This document shows positions 1 through 14,008 of a DNA stretch of 64,000 bases, piece by piece. The notes under the pieces are model-generated. The model had not been told where the DNA came from and did no database searches. It saw only the letters and a program-made list of their open reading frames with translations. Each line of letters starts with the position of its first letter. Position 1 is the first letter of the stretch. The position numbers and the translations under genes were made by a program. The stretch is from Phoronis australis (taxonomy: Eukaryota; Animalia; Phoronida): positions 159,716-223,715 of the forward strand of contig NMRA01000014.1 of assembly GCA_002633005.1 (NCBI GenBank). Direction: 5' to 3'.

Positions 1-201
1 GCAAAGTGGTGAAGTTTAGGGTTGTGAAATGGCAGCAAAGTGGTGAAGTTGAGGGTTGTGAAATGTCAGCAAAGTGGTAAAGTTGAGGGTTGTGAAATGG
101 AGCACAGTAGTGAAGTTGAGGGTTGTGAAATGAGAGAGTCTGGCTTCAAATCTCAATGAAGTTCTGGCAGCAAAGTGGTGAAGTTGAGGGTTGTGAAATG
201 A
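1..201. repeat. ~34-bp minisatellite (gcaaagtggtgaagttgagggttgtgaaatg..), about 5 copies, one interrupted
   Basis: Unit recurs at 1, 35, 69, 102 and 169. It explains the spurious ORF 16..219. Confidence 0.9.
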
Positions 202-634
202 GATTGAGGGCTGTGACATGAGAGTCTGGCTTCAAATCTCAATGAAGTGACTTCAAGAAAATATGTGAAACAAATTTTGGTAGCAGTCAATATCGCAATT
301 TATTGACTCCATGATACCATTATATAAGTCCATAATTTGTTCAAATCATATGATACTTTTTCCTGTTATGATGTTCAGAAAACTTTCATTTCAGAAACGG
401 CTTATGCAAACTGTTTATTTTAAGGATTATACTTTTGACACAAATTTCTCCAGGAATTCACTTGGTGACCCGTGTTAAACTTTACATACTCATTCAAGGT
501 TTTGAGATAGTTAATATAGATCCTGATCATGGCCAACAGCGGATCAAATACACACATGGAAAAGGTTTTGATATTTTGCATCAGTAAATGCATGCAGCAT
601 ACTAAGTAGTACACAGAGACCGTTCCATACTTAC

Positions 635-2678
635 ACTGCCTGTGCTGGTAGGTCAGTAGACACACTACAGAAGGCAGGAGAGTGCACAACTTCACTCAGT
701 CCATAGTCATGCATGCTGGTCTCCACGTCTTGATATGAAGGGGGACAAATACGTGGAGTATATGTGAGGCACCCAGAAGACGAGGCAAGACTAGTCTCTA
801 TAACTTGCTGATCCACCACATATTCATTAGAACAGGACTCATTCAAGCTGGTGTTCATACCAGATTCGCTACAAACACATTGTTGTGAAATGTGAGCTGA
901 AGTGCTTATGGTCTGTTCGCCAGGACTTGGTAGGCTTATGGTCTTATCCAGTTCTGTGGGACTAAGAACAGTAGGTAAAACATCTTCTTGAGATGTGAGA
1001 GACAGGTGTCCTGTTGGGCTATAGATAGTAGGTGGCGATACACCATCGTCTCGAGACAACGGTGACAAGTAACTCAAGTTAAACAATGAATCGTGATAGT
1101 CCAGAGCTTGTTCTTCACTACATGGACCAGAATGTGAAATGTCTCTGTTGGGCTGTAGGTGTGACTCTTTAATGTAAAGGGATTGCTTCTCACCAATTAC
1201 ATGGTCACGTTTGTCACAGTAAGGATATCTTTCTTTACAGACGTCATCACCTGACAATTCTTCATTCTCCGTCGCAGTAGCTGACAATTGTCTGACATCT
1301 GTCATAAATCCACCATCTGGTGATGGGCAACTTTCAATATCATAAAAGTCACTATTGTCACTCTCATCTTTAGCAGGTGTTGATGTGTTTTCACCACCCG
1401 AGTGAGCTACTGGCAACAAATACTGTTGATCTAATCTCTGCCTCGCTCTCGGGGACTCAAAAGCTTTTCCATCAGAACTAAATTCCAATGGTTTCTTTTT
1501 TAAACATGTCGGAGAAGGAAAATAACCGTTTTGTAAACAATTGTCAACAGATGACTTTGAATCCCCTAATAAAGTTACTTTATGGACAGGTGAGTCGTCC
1601 ATTTGGGTCAGGTCATCACAAGCAATAAATGCAGACGTCCTACTAGAATTCAGACGTGAAGGAACTTCAACTCTATGCAGACGAACACCCATATATCTAG
1701 AACCCCTATACTTCCGCCTGTAAGCCACAGAATTGGAATGAATGTCTGAAGATGGCGGAGATAAACATTTCTCACTAATCTCCGGTAAGTTTGAAACCAC
1801 TAAACCATCTCCAAAACATTTCCCTTTACCAAATTCAAAACGGTTCTGTAAAAAGCTATTTCTTGAATGGCATTTGACAGCTTTCCTTTTCTTTGCTTTC
1901 CTCCCAGTTGGTGAACTGGGATTAGCTTGAACATGATAAGGATGGTCGCATTCTGAGTTTATTTGGCCACACAAGTACTTGTCAGAAAGTCTGTTAAGAA
2001 TGACCCGTTCCCGGCCAATTTTTAATAAATCAACATTGTTAAGTTGTGTGAAAGCATCACCGCACATAGTTTTGCTTTCTTCTCTTAGCCTAGGTGGCAG
2101 CACTGGTTGTGAAGAACTACCAGACGAAAAAGGCAAATCCAAATCAGAAACTCTTCTACAATGTCTGTACTTCCGAAGTCGCAGTCTCTGAGAACTGCCA
2201 GATGGCTTGGCTCTAGTTTGAACACTGTCCGCACAGCCGGCCTCAGATAGCTGTAACGCCATCATACCCTTTGCTTTGCCAAGTTGGCGAGAATTTTGAC
2301 CCAATATCTCCCCTTCACCAGATAACAACTCACGATCACAGTAGTCAGCGACGCTCTCACCAGCAACAATCAACTTTTTCGGTCTTTTCATAGAATGACT
2401 TGTCTCATCACGTCTTTTACAAATTGAAGAAGTTGTTGCAAGAATCCTTCCTTGAAGCCGCCCAGATGATGAAGCAATCTCACCACTAGAGGTCACACCA
2501 ATGCCATAAACAACAGATAGGTTCTGTTGACTCCTTTTATCCACACCAAACAGTATCTTCTGCCTTTTTGAACCAACCACTTGTTGGTCTAAGTCTGGCT
2601 TGCAACATCTGCCATCAATAACTGTGTCACTTGTATCTTTCTTAGGTAGTTTAGACGGTTGACATTCGTCATTGACAT
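635..2678 (-). CDS. REV3L: DNA polymerase zeta catalytic subunit, large central exon (2044 nt)
   Basis: Lies in ORF 631..2832. Its C-terminal LTYTPRICPPSYQDVETSMHDYGLSEVVHSPAFCSVSTDLP resembles the conserved REV3L segment (PxxxPPS...L...EPFCSNPSDVP) that ends the large vertebrate exon. Acceptor tattttttcAG (AG at 2680-2679, phase 1); donor GTAAGT at 634. Confidence 0.8.
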
Positions 2679-3419
2679 CTGAAAAAATAGCACATAACTG
2701 ATACCCATCACTTGTTATGACACTGACAATACCAATTACACACCCGTGCAGTGGGGATAGTCGTGTCATTATCAGTCTGACACTGGCAAACCAATGTTTA
2801 CATAGTCCAGCTCTCTTATTGTCTGCTTTCATCTGAAAAGCTCATGTAATCCAGCAATTATATTGCAAACACTGACCAATATTTCTATTTGTGAACAACT
2901 TCCAATGTCATGAAGCAGATGTGTTTTGTGTGAAATACGTTCACCAAAAAACTTCAAATGTAGAAAAGCGGTTGACTTTCAGAGAAATTAGACTTAACTT
3001 TAACTTGTTGATTCCTTTGAGTGACTGTAAGCTACGACCAGCTTAGCCACAGAATTGTGTACCTACACAAAAGGCTTGCTTGACAAGTTTAATCGAGCGT
3101 GATTCTAGATTAGATAGTGATACTGGTAATTTCTTAATTTTTACACTCCAGGAGAATGGTAGGTAATGCCAAAACGTAATCACAAACAATATTTGCACAC
3201 AGTAACTAACGTAAATACTAAGGTGTGTGATAAAGATGTTGACAGAAGTACTTCAATAAAAACATTGTTCCACTCTGGCTTCAAACTAGTTCGTGCTTTG
3301 TTTTTGTTGAAACATATGTGACTTTCTAAGCACCAGCCTCTTAAACACTATTATAGGTACTAGCACCGTAAGGCATTCAGGAAACTACAGCGCCCTTTTA
3401 AGGTCTAAGAACTGCTCAC

Positions 3420-3505
3420 CCAGATCATCATTTGCTCCATCCATTTGTGGAATATCTCTGAGTTGGGAACTGTTCCATGACAGGTCAAAGGAAACTGCAG
3501 CACTG
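3420..3505 (-). CDS. REV3L: REV3L exon (SAAVSFDLSWNSSQLRDIPQMDGANDDL)
   Basis: IPQMDGA matches the conserved REV3 IPQLDG motif that precedes the large exon. Donor GTGAGC at 3419 is phase 1 and fits the 2678 acceptor. The exact acceptor is uncertain (TAGCAG tandem site). Confidence 0.75.
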
Positions 3506-3643
3506 CTAGAGAATACGGTAAAGGTGGTTAAAATGCAAAAAAAATCTAGGTGACATAAAATTTTTCTTTAATTAATGTAAGAATGCATAAAAAATCTGAA
3601 AATTTCTAGTTATCATCTCACCACAGAAAGACAATTTTAGGTA

Positions 3644-4045
3644 AAACATGTTATTATTTCAAATGAACTTTTATCATCAAAATGAACATGTAATGGAAAA
3701 ATCAAGAGATCATTTTCAAGCTCCCCTAGGGATTCATGAGATCAATTAACAGCCAATCTTGGGTACACTCAAACTGATTTCACTGAACCCAACCATTGAG
3801 AGGTCTAGCATCGTGACAGTTTGGGTACACTCATTTTCATTTCACAGTACCCAAGGTTAGTGACAAATCTGCACATTTGGGTACACCCATTTCCCTTTCA
3901 CTGTACCCAAGACCACTGACATATCTTAGCATGATTGGATACACCCATTTCCATTTCATTGTACCCAAGACTACTGACATACCTTAATATTTTTGGGTAC
4001 ACCCATTTTACTGTACTCAAAGCCAGTGACAAATCATCGACGGAT
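3644..4045 (+). repeat. ~400-bp interspersed repeat with internal ~57-bp tandem subunits; left inverted copy
   Basis: Reverse complement of 13395-13797 (aaacatgttattatttcaaatgaacttttatcatcaaaatgaacatg...; subunits ttgggtacacccatttccatttcactgtacccaag). Confidence 0.85.
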
Positions 4046-7000
4046 TTGGGTACCCGATAGCCTGAATACAACATTGCTTGTGTGAGTAACTAAGTTCAAA
4101 TGACTCCAACTAACCACTGACAAATCTTTATACGTGAGAGTATGAAGAGCCAGAGCAATGGCAAGCTAAATTCACCAAGACACAAGTTGTTCCATAATAC
4201 AGCCTGTCTAAGGACAAGCATATAAAAACTTTAAAAAACTGTCGCTTGGTAGTACATGGTTACTTTTGTTTAGAAAAATACACATTTCGAATTATTCAAA
4301 GTTTATTTCAGAGTAATCACCTTCACCAAAAAAGACCATAAACACTTCAAATGTCTAGCTACAGTGTAAATAAATTTATGTTAGCTTCATTTCTACTATT
4401 TCCCTGCAAAGTTGTGTTTTGCTCGACTTACATTCCACTGTTCAAGTAACATTACTAATGTGCCTTGGTTGTAACTAACAAGGTATTCACATTTTGTTTC
4501 GTACTTCCCAAGTTTTCATATATCACAAATCTATAACTCATGCAAATTATGAATTATCTATCTTCTATACAAAATGTCGTTTACACAAACTCCGTCTCCA
4601 CTGCTCCACTACATACATTTGTTGCACCGGTTTCGGCACCGGCCCCTTATTTATATTCGACACATTTTTTCAAGGACTGTTTTTTCGCGGATGCTGAGGG
4701 AGCGATGCCACTTTCATACAGTCCGTCAGCTCCGTCGCGTATATACTTCTTCGAGTCAATCACAGCCAAATTTCATGATGTCATTAAAAACAACACTTTT
4801 TGTGTACACTAAATTATTTAATACCCGTGTTGGAAAAATTGGCGTTGTACCGTTACTTTGCTACTAATACTTAGGTGCGCTCTTTTGGGGTCGGTATTTG
4901 GTGCCATGAAATATTGCGTCACCTATTGGCCAATTTACCCGATTCATCTTCACTAGGATGTTGTACATGTCACAAGAAATCATTGGAACAGGTTTAGTAT
5001 TTTAGTACTAGTATACCTTAATTTCAGCACAAATTTTGCTGATGCAAAGCTTTTCGTCATCTACCGAGACATATCGCAAATTTTTAGAAAGGGGTGTGCA
5101 CTTCTGAGCACACTGTTTTCAAAATCATGAGACTTTTCTTTGTTACAAAAGGTGAGGAATGGTTCAAAAATGATGATTATTAGATTTTTTTTTTCGCGGC
5201 TGCAATGGGTAAGGCGAGTGTCACTTGATTCCCAGATTCTGCATGCATCCCATAGCTCATCAACTATACAATCATGTTGATATAAGTTTCACGACGAAGT
5301 GATGAGCTGACCTACCTGGGTTGTGTGTAATTTTGGTGTCTAATGGAGCTCAATAATCAGTTACCTAGGTGTAAGTTGATGATGATAGTCTTCATACAGC
5401 TAACTGGCTTTCTACCATATGTACATTTATGATGTGACTTTTGTAAACATCGTGTACAACACAGTATTTTAAATGCTGATTACCATACATTATCAGTGTC
5501 AAATGTTCTGGAAATAAAAAAAATATTTGTACTGCCTGTGAAAGGAATCCCGCAGCCAAACACCCTGCCTAAATCTAACAGAAATTGTGATTGAAGCTTT
5601 AAAATAAATAAATATCCCTGTCTCTTGCAATGAATACTATGTTCACTTCTACCTATTCCCTCTCGACAACTAAATTAATCATCCGGAACTAGCACAAAAT
5701 TGGCTACCAATATCAGTTTTTCCACTTCTTATTCCCAATTTTCAAATTTAAACACAGGTTCCATATAATTTGCTCGTGTCCTCAACAAAAATCATTTTAG
5801 GACATAGTAGGACCGAGTATACAAGATAGTTTTATAGCCCAAGTACGAAATGTTGATGGTCAAACCTGTCCTTTACCTTTTCAATTTCTACACAAACCAC
5901 TAAAATATTTTGGAAAAAGGTGGACGAAATCTGACCTCGGTACACAATTCATGATATTCAGATATTGTCTATTGGGGGCTACTGGTACCAAAATCATATG
6001 GATCTTGGGCAGTTTTAGCCATTGCCAGCCTCAAAATTCATTGGTGTCCAAACTGTCACCATTAACACTAACACCATAGTTTATGATAACCTCCTCCTCA
6101 CTGACACTAACAGGTCATGTCATCTTCAACACCAGTGTCCATATCAACATTCTCTCCCTCAATAATCAACCCTTCTTGAATCACTGTCACGCTGACAAAC
6201 TTATCCGTAGAATTATGTCCAACTCTCATCCATTAAATTTCATTTAATAGAGCATGCCTCTTGTTGTAGCTTCATTTGTGTAGAGGCTTGTTGACAGTAC
6301 TCAAGCAGTTGACGAGGGATTTTATCTTTTGCCTGAAATAAAGACAACATAATGCAGATTTCGTGACCTTCAGTGTGTCCACATATACACAATGTGGTCA
6401 TCTATTGCCATAATCCTGTCGGGTTGTCTGCTTCGTTGTCTCACAATCCCTGGTTGGATCTTTAGAACGCTTACAGGGTAAAATGCAGCAATTTGAGGTT
6501 TAAAGAACAAACAAAAAATTCTTTATAATCATGCATCCAACTCCAAGCCAACGGTTATTTGGGATTTAAAGATGAAAAATATTTTCTATGTAAGGCTATG
6601 TAGGATATTACAAATATCTACAAATCTTTAAATACAAGTCAACAGTTATGATTTCTGAAAGTTAAGGGTGTAGACTTTGAGTTATAAACTTTACACCAAT
6701 ATTTTCTTATTTGGCCGGTCTCATGACCTTGCCTTTTTACTTAACTTTCCTATTCATAACAAAGAACTAAAATATTGCAATAATTTAAGAGGCTCCAGTG
6801 ATTACCCAAACGTTTTCTGAACATGATGCTCTATTCAGTGACTTTTCAAATAAATATAAAAAATCGGACCCCATCAAGCGCTGAAGCATGTTAATTGTTT
6901 GATACTTACACAGGTGTATTCAGCTGTCCGCTGGTTGAAACTTGTTGAGTAGCACCAGTCTTCTGCATCTGGTTAGTTTTTGACCATTCACATGAATGAA

Positions 7001-10000
7001 GACATCATTGCCTTTTTGACAAAGTAGCTCTTTGACACCCTGTCTACACCACTTGTTAGTAACAGTAGGCCTATAGTTCAAATCAAGTTATCTAACTTCT
7101 TTCGTATTTTGGAGGAACAGGTGCTATTGGCCAAGGGCTCTAGTAGAACAGTAACCTGTGCTCATTCCAGGCTCAGATAGACTTGTTAAATTAATTTGAG
7201 TTCCAGGCAATATTGACTGCCTTTTCAGGTTATGTAACACCATATAGAGTGTCTGACACTGTGTGAGTACTGGTTACCAAAGTAATGTGTATGTCAACTA
7301 ATCCACAAAGGCTAAATTGAAACCACTGCTTAGGCATGAGACACTGTAGATAATGGTCTTTACCAGCAGTTTGTCTTTATTCTGACATCCACTTTCGTTA
7401 TTGGTGAAGTTTGATATTTCACTGACCTTACAAACATCCTGCAAAGAAGATTTTACAGAATTTTTCTCATTCTCACTTAAAGACATGTCTGAACACATGG
7501 ATATGGAAGATGAAACTTTCACTTCAGGTAAGTAACTATTTTTAGTTGTGTCTATTAGTTTATGATAAACATTTTCACAACATGATCAGCAATCCTGCTG
7601 AGGAAAGTTTGTGTACCTACTAATTTGAAAAATTGACAATGTATATGAGGTATTATTTTAGTTAAAAGGTTTTGAAAAATTGAAATGTAGCTTTAATCTT
7701 AATTGGTTTTTATATACAACGTTATGTTCATTTTGTAGGTCTTTATATTCTCAGATTTGCTTCTACTGGTCACCCATGCTTTAACCAATTGGTTAATATT
7801 GATCACATGAGGTCTATCCAAATACAAGGTCACTTGGTTGATGGCATATGGTTTCATGTTACTGTCTCTGTTTATTCAATGTGACCAAATTCTTCAACAA
7901 GCTGAGGCTGTGGTTAGATTATTTCTGGGCAAGTTTGAAGATAGAAACACCAGTGGGATTTTAATGCTGTTTGGTGTATGGGTTATTCTGTTTTGCCATA
8001 TAACATCTGCTAAAACTAAATCAGAACAAAAGCATATAATTTTTAATTAGTAATAAATTTTACGATTGGCCAATTCAATAAATTGAAACAATTGAGCTGC
8101 TGTTGTTTTTTTGTTTGAGTTAGCAACCAAAATCAAGTCCTATCATGGAAGGACTATTACTGAATCTATTTTATGAGCTAAAGTAGCTACATTCTTTTTT
8201 CCATTAAAGAATCCAGCGCTTGAATTCATACTTATGGGAACCCTAAGTGTAAAAAAAATCCAGGACACAAAATGTTCTATGCAAGATTAAAAAAACAGCC
8301 AAATCTTTGTTCTAAAACCCCTTGACCCCCACAACCCTCTGGATTCACAACCCCTCAACAGGTGACAACAGATGATCTGAAAAAGCAATTAAGTTGTGGG
8401 TGTGCCATTGTTGTCACGGCTACCAATGGCCCTGTTCTACTAAACTTAGAGTACATTAACATGAATGCACATAACTTCACATTTTTATTATTTGCTTTCT
8501 GTCACACATTTGTTTACAATATACTAAATGTAACTTTGAGATGTTTTTTTAGTTAGCAATTTGTTTTTTTACAAACTGTATTTATGGCCTTCTCGCATTC
8601 TCCTAAGTAGCTTAAATGTAACATTCACTGGAGAGCTGACAAGGCGACGATTACCCTCTGCCGGGAACGAGATGCTTGTCATGTTGGTAGTTCACTGATT
8701 TGATTTGGTTGCGTCATTTCTTTTCTGTTTTTGGCTTTCAAACTTGCAGAACCGACTCTCTTACTCTCAAAAAAAAACAGGGAAAAGCAAGCTGAGATCA
8801 TAGCCAGACTTGTTGGTCCTGCAAGTCGGTGCTTGTTCTATGTTCAGATCAAGTTGAGCTTGTGTAAACTAGTTGGGTTGAGGGGATTGTGAGCCGTGAG
8901 TCCAGGTGTCGTGGGGTTGAGCCTGTCGAAGGGGTTGTACAACAATCCTGCTCACACTGCAGGACCAAAAATACCTCAAAACCAGAATTTTCACACCATT
9001 TTCACATCAGTACCTTTAATTTATTATGTCAAGGCCCAAAATTGATCACGAGAACCTATAATTTATCACATCAGGAGCAAAAATAACAAGCCAATTCTGA
9101 AAATTTTACACGTCTCGGAACCGAAAACTTTTCTCATCAGAAAAAAATTTATGCGGGGAGACTATGTGGCCATTAAGTAACAAAAGGGTAAGCGTTCAAC
9201 AAGCTCATGGCGTGGAGCATTTACAGACCTTGATATTCCAAGACTAGGCTAGGCGAGGTGCACATGGGGTGAGATTTGTAAATGAAAGTTTTCAGTGCTC
9301 CTTTTCAGCCAACAAACAGTACTGACAAACACTACCACAATGGTGGTAACTGTGTAACAATTAAATAATGCCAGTTTCAGATTATTGGGTTTTGTGGTGC
9401 ATCTTTAATTTACATTTCTTACACAAAGGTGCAAAAATTAATTTTTATTTCACGTTCTCGACTGTCACGTATACCTTTTCTGATACAAAAGCCGTTCTAA
9501 TATCTATTTACAGTCTTGTAACCCTGATTTGAACACTATTTTCCTTAGCAGCCAAAGCACCAGTGATAAATAGGGTTCCAAAGGTTTACTTTTGCTGGCA
9601 GATGAGTTGCCTCAAAATTACAAATCTGTCACACTCTTACTAATGCTGGACACTGGCAGACTGATGGGATGTGGCCAGATAAGAAGACTTGTAACACAAT
9701 CACATTCTTTCACATAGTACAGTGAGTGTTAACTAATACAAGAGGCAGTGTGTTAGTGGTATGAAAACCACTGAAACATGTATCCTTGGTTTTGGGTCAC
9801 AATCATATAGGCGGGAACTTTAAAAAGACTCAAACTTTTGACATTTAGTGGCCTGTGATGAATACAGCCAAAGAAACCAACTGCTTTGTAGGTGTGCCCT
9901 AGAAGTTCTCTTCTTAGATGTTTTTGAAAAGCCTGGCTTTTAGGACTCCAATTGTCAAACAATATGAACATTATTTAAGACAACATTTGTGTTGACTTGT

Positions 10001-13000
10001 GAATAACCTGTTGCAGCTGTTGCATATGTTCACATTGTAAACTAGTTGTTAGCTGATTGCGCTGCTGCACTTTTCAGAAGTTGAGCTCTATGTCAGTGTT
10101 CAGTAGACGTTATGTTGAGCCATGACAACAAATCTGCACATTTTGTCAAACATCTGCAATACCATGGACATCAACTATATAAGAGTATTGAAATTACAAA
10201 GCTTGTTTATATTAAACTTCTAGAAACCAAAAAAACAAGAAGTACATCTGTAGCAAGACAACAGTATCAGTGCTGTGGCCAAATTTCATTTGATGCAAAT
10301 CTTCATGATGAAATCCCAAAACGCTATAATAGTGATTTTTCTATAACCCTTTCTCCTCATGCAAAATTTGAACATTTCTAAAAAACCCGATCATTGCTAT
10401 TTCTAACATGTGAACTTAAAACTCTGTCAAGAAATTACCATTGTCCTAACAATAAGCACTGAGTTTTCATGTTGACCTTGGCTAAGCAACATAATCTGAC
10501 TCAAATTTAGCTCGAGTCTAACATTAATATTCTTATGTTAAAATACTTAATTATGCTTTAACAGACAAAAAAATTAGGTATAAAGCCTGGCCATCTTGAA
10601 TGTTCGTGTCCAATTTTTCATGCACGACATAATCAGTGCCAAGGAAAGTGGCTAAACCAGGAGCATTAATGTTACATTTTTATGTTACATTTTTGTGTAA
10701 CATTTGACATTAACTGCATACTAATTTATTTGCAATTGAGCAAGTTTGCAATGTTTGAATATTTAATTAGATTTGTAGATACAAAATAATGAAACACATG
10801 TATATATACAACCAGGTATGAAAATCATTCCTGAAAATCTAATCACATCTTTCTTGTCTGGGTAAAGTGCAAAACTGTGCTCGTTATTTGAATTCAATTT
10901 TTGGTGAATATGATTAAATTAGATGGGTGTGAATTGGGGGCACAGTTATCCAAATAAACCTTTTTCACTAAGACCGACCTGTGTTCTAGCAGAATACCTT
11001 TTAGACTGTATAAATTCATTTTTTGTTGTTATTACAGGTTTTACTAGGAATATCCACAAATGGCAAGCAAGTAATCTCCACTCAAACAGCTCAGATTTCT
11101 CACATATGTACATCAAACAGAAAGATATAATGTTAGCTAGAGGTCGATATCGATAAAGGAGAAGTTTTAGATCACAGGTAGTGCAAGCAGCGGAGGTGAA
11201 TGGCGATGACAGTCATAAAGTGGCATCTTGGATAAATCACTTCTTTCAGCGGGCTGACCTGACCAGTGAAAGGAAAAAGAGGAAAACAAGAACCATGCCA
11301 AAGGATGTCAAAGCAAGACTGGAACATGAGTTAGACCCAGAGACTATTTAGATGATGAATGCTCACTTTTCTACTCAAAGTGTCTCGCTATGCCTAGCTG
11401 GCTAAAAAACAATACCGGTAGATGAATTCGGCCATTTACTCTCATGAATTTTTTTCCTGTGATAGGACTATTTTTCCAACGCCAAAGGTAATTGACTGTG
11501 AATGGAGTTGGTAATGGCAATGGAATCCTGTCAAAGTAGGCATATTACGAGACAAACGTTTGTGAAAGTAAAAGGCGTACTTCATTTTTTTGAGTTTTAG
11601 CCCGCTAAACAGCGCTAAACACAACTTAAAGTAAACATTTGTTTGCAGTGTTTAGCCTGTTAAATCAAATACCACACGCATTGCACGATCCTAACCATGT
11701 CAGCTTGTGAAGTAACAGTTTTACTATTAGTAGGATTGTGGCATGAAAGTATATGGAAACTCTTGACGTTAGGTTGTAAAGTAATATTCCTGCAGCTTTT
11801 GTAAAAATCTGACACGATTGTTGATTAAAGCTCTCTGTTAACCAAAATGTGCAAAACTCAAAATGACATAATCCGTCAGAGAGATGCCATATAATGGTCA
11901 GCTTTTTTCTAACTTCATGTACTATGATGAACAATATGCGTGTAAGCTGAAACACAGTAAAATGAACAGGTTTCATTTAGCCAGATAAAATATGTTGTCA
12001 TGAAAATTACACTTGGATTAGATAAAACTAATGCATCATCCAGTTTCGTTGCTTCTAGTTTTGCCAACTGTTTTAACTTGGCAAAATATTTTCACCAAGT
12101 ATACTGCTCTGTTTTTTATGTTTATTTGCACTCTACAGGTTGCATTCTTCGTCGAATTCGCACAAAATTCACACACAACCTCTAGCTTCAGTGTAGCTGG
12201 AAGCCCATTGTCTCTTGTCATAATCAGATTCAAGATGGCGGACGTGACGGACATGTTTTGGATTTCGGATTCAAATGCTCAGAGGCCACTATTTGACATA
12301 CAAAGCAGAACATCGGTAGGATTATTGTATTACCGAAGTGACGGAAATCAGTCACTTCTGGTCAAAGATGGTGAAAATATTGGCCATGATTGTAGAGGCA
12401 TTCGATTTCAGGACGAACGTTTTGGCCTGTGGAGGGTGCATTGTAAGACCAATTGCTTCAAAAATTTTCACGTGTTAGTTTCCTATAGTTAGGTATTATC
12501 AAGTGCTGCTTAACTGGAACTTGTTTTTAAAATGGTGGATCTGATGCATTTTCATCAAGTTTCAATTGTGCTGGGGTACTATTTTGAACAAGAACAGGAA
12601 ATGATGTAAATTTTTGAGGTATGCTCTTGCAAATGAACTGTAACCTACCGTTGTTTGACTTGAAATTTTGACAAAAAATGCAATATTTGACTTTTTTAAA
12701 ACCATGGTGGAATTTTTGTCAAAGACTGTTAGATAAAGTTTTGAACAGGCTTTCAGAATATATTTTTAAATTTTCGCCACGTCCTGTTTTCAAGTTATCC
12801 GGTATTTTCTTATGATGCTGTTCCTTTGTTGATTGAATTTTGTTTGCACTTTTGTTGCTTTTCTTTCCACTGAACAAGACTACATTTCTTCATTTCTAAC
12901 ATCATCATTTGTCACATGATTTTTATGATGGTCTTCATCACCACCACCATCATCATTATCATATCCTTCATTGTCATTATCTTCTCCTTTGTCACTTTTC

Positions 13001-13394
13001 AGTCAATTTTTCGAAGTGTCACTCCTCGAAACGCTTTAATTTTTTATTTTCCAATTCCTAATGCATTATTGTTTCTGATTTCAATTTTCTGTGTTCGGAA
13101 TACTCTTTACAAAGTGGCAGATATATTTTTATTATAGCCGCATACTATGGATGTTTGGTTAATACGTTTATAGGTTTAAAAACATAGCAAGCTGACACAA
13201 CAAAATGAATTTTGTGAAGTTTGCTTTCCATAGATTTTGCATCCACATGGTTCTCACGTTTGGTCATGCCAAACTGATAAATCATTTTTCTTTAATCATT
13301 CATACCTACCACATCCCAAAAATTATCAATAAACTTGCCCTTGTCTGGGTTCAGCATACTTGCTTCAAATATGATTACATGCAGACAAATGGCT

Positions 13395-13797
13395 CACTGG
13401 TTTTAACCCGTTTTGGGTACTGTGAAATGAAAATGGGTGTACCTAAATATGTTAAGATATGACACTGGTCTTGGGTACAAGGAAATCAAAATGGATGTAC
13501 CCAAACATGACAAAATATGTCACTGGTCTTGGGTACAGTGAAATTGAAATGGGTGTACCTGAACATGCTAAGATAAGTCAGAGGTCTTGGGTACAGTGAA
13601 ATGGAAATGGGTATACCCAAACATTTATAATGCAAGACCTCTCAACGATTGGGTTGAGTGAAATCAGTTTGAGTGTACCCAAGATTGGTTGTTAGTTGAT
13701 CATATAAATCCCTTGGGGAACCTGAAAATGAATTCTTGGTTTTTCCATGACATGTTCATTTTGATGATAAAAGTTCATTTGAAATAATAACATGTTT
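13395..13797 (-). repeat. Right inverted copy of the 3644-4045 repeat
   Basis: Ends in ...catgttcattttgatgataaaagttcatttgaaataataacatgttt, the reverse complement of the left copy's start. Diverged but colinear. Confidence 0.85.
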
Positions 13798-14008
13798 GTA
13801 AGAATAGTAAAAAGCATTGAAATTTTGTCTCGGTGAATTGATTTCTTTTTACACCAAAAGCAAACACAAGCACTCTAGAGCCTTGAACTCCCGACCTCCC
13901 CAAAGGGAAACTTACAATAATTGTGATATGCAAGTATCAAGCCACAATGCTCAATACACATGTATTGAATAAAAACTGACAAGTTTTCAAAGCAACAAAC
14001 CAACATAC

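Noticed and set aside
2679-2832. N-terminal 51 aa of the 733-aa ORF as coding
   Set aside because: The upstream REV3L exon ends in phase 1, which fits the acceptor at 2679 and not the ATG at 2832; probably intronic.
11175-11352. Homeodomain-like RKKRKTRTMPKDVKARLEHEL
   Set aside because: A stop follows shortly and no helix-3 WFxNRR motif is visible.
11500-11540. Plus-strand GNGNGI as an inverted MRPS5 S5-domain exon
   Set aside because: In-frame stops lie close on both sides and there is no flanking similarity to the S5 domain.
12031-12492. 153-aa ORF as a real gene
   Set aside because: No recognisable domain and no supporting exon structure.
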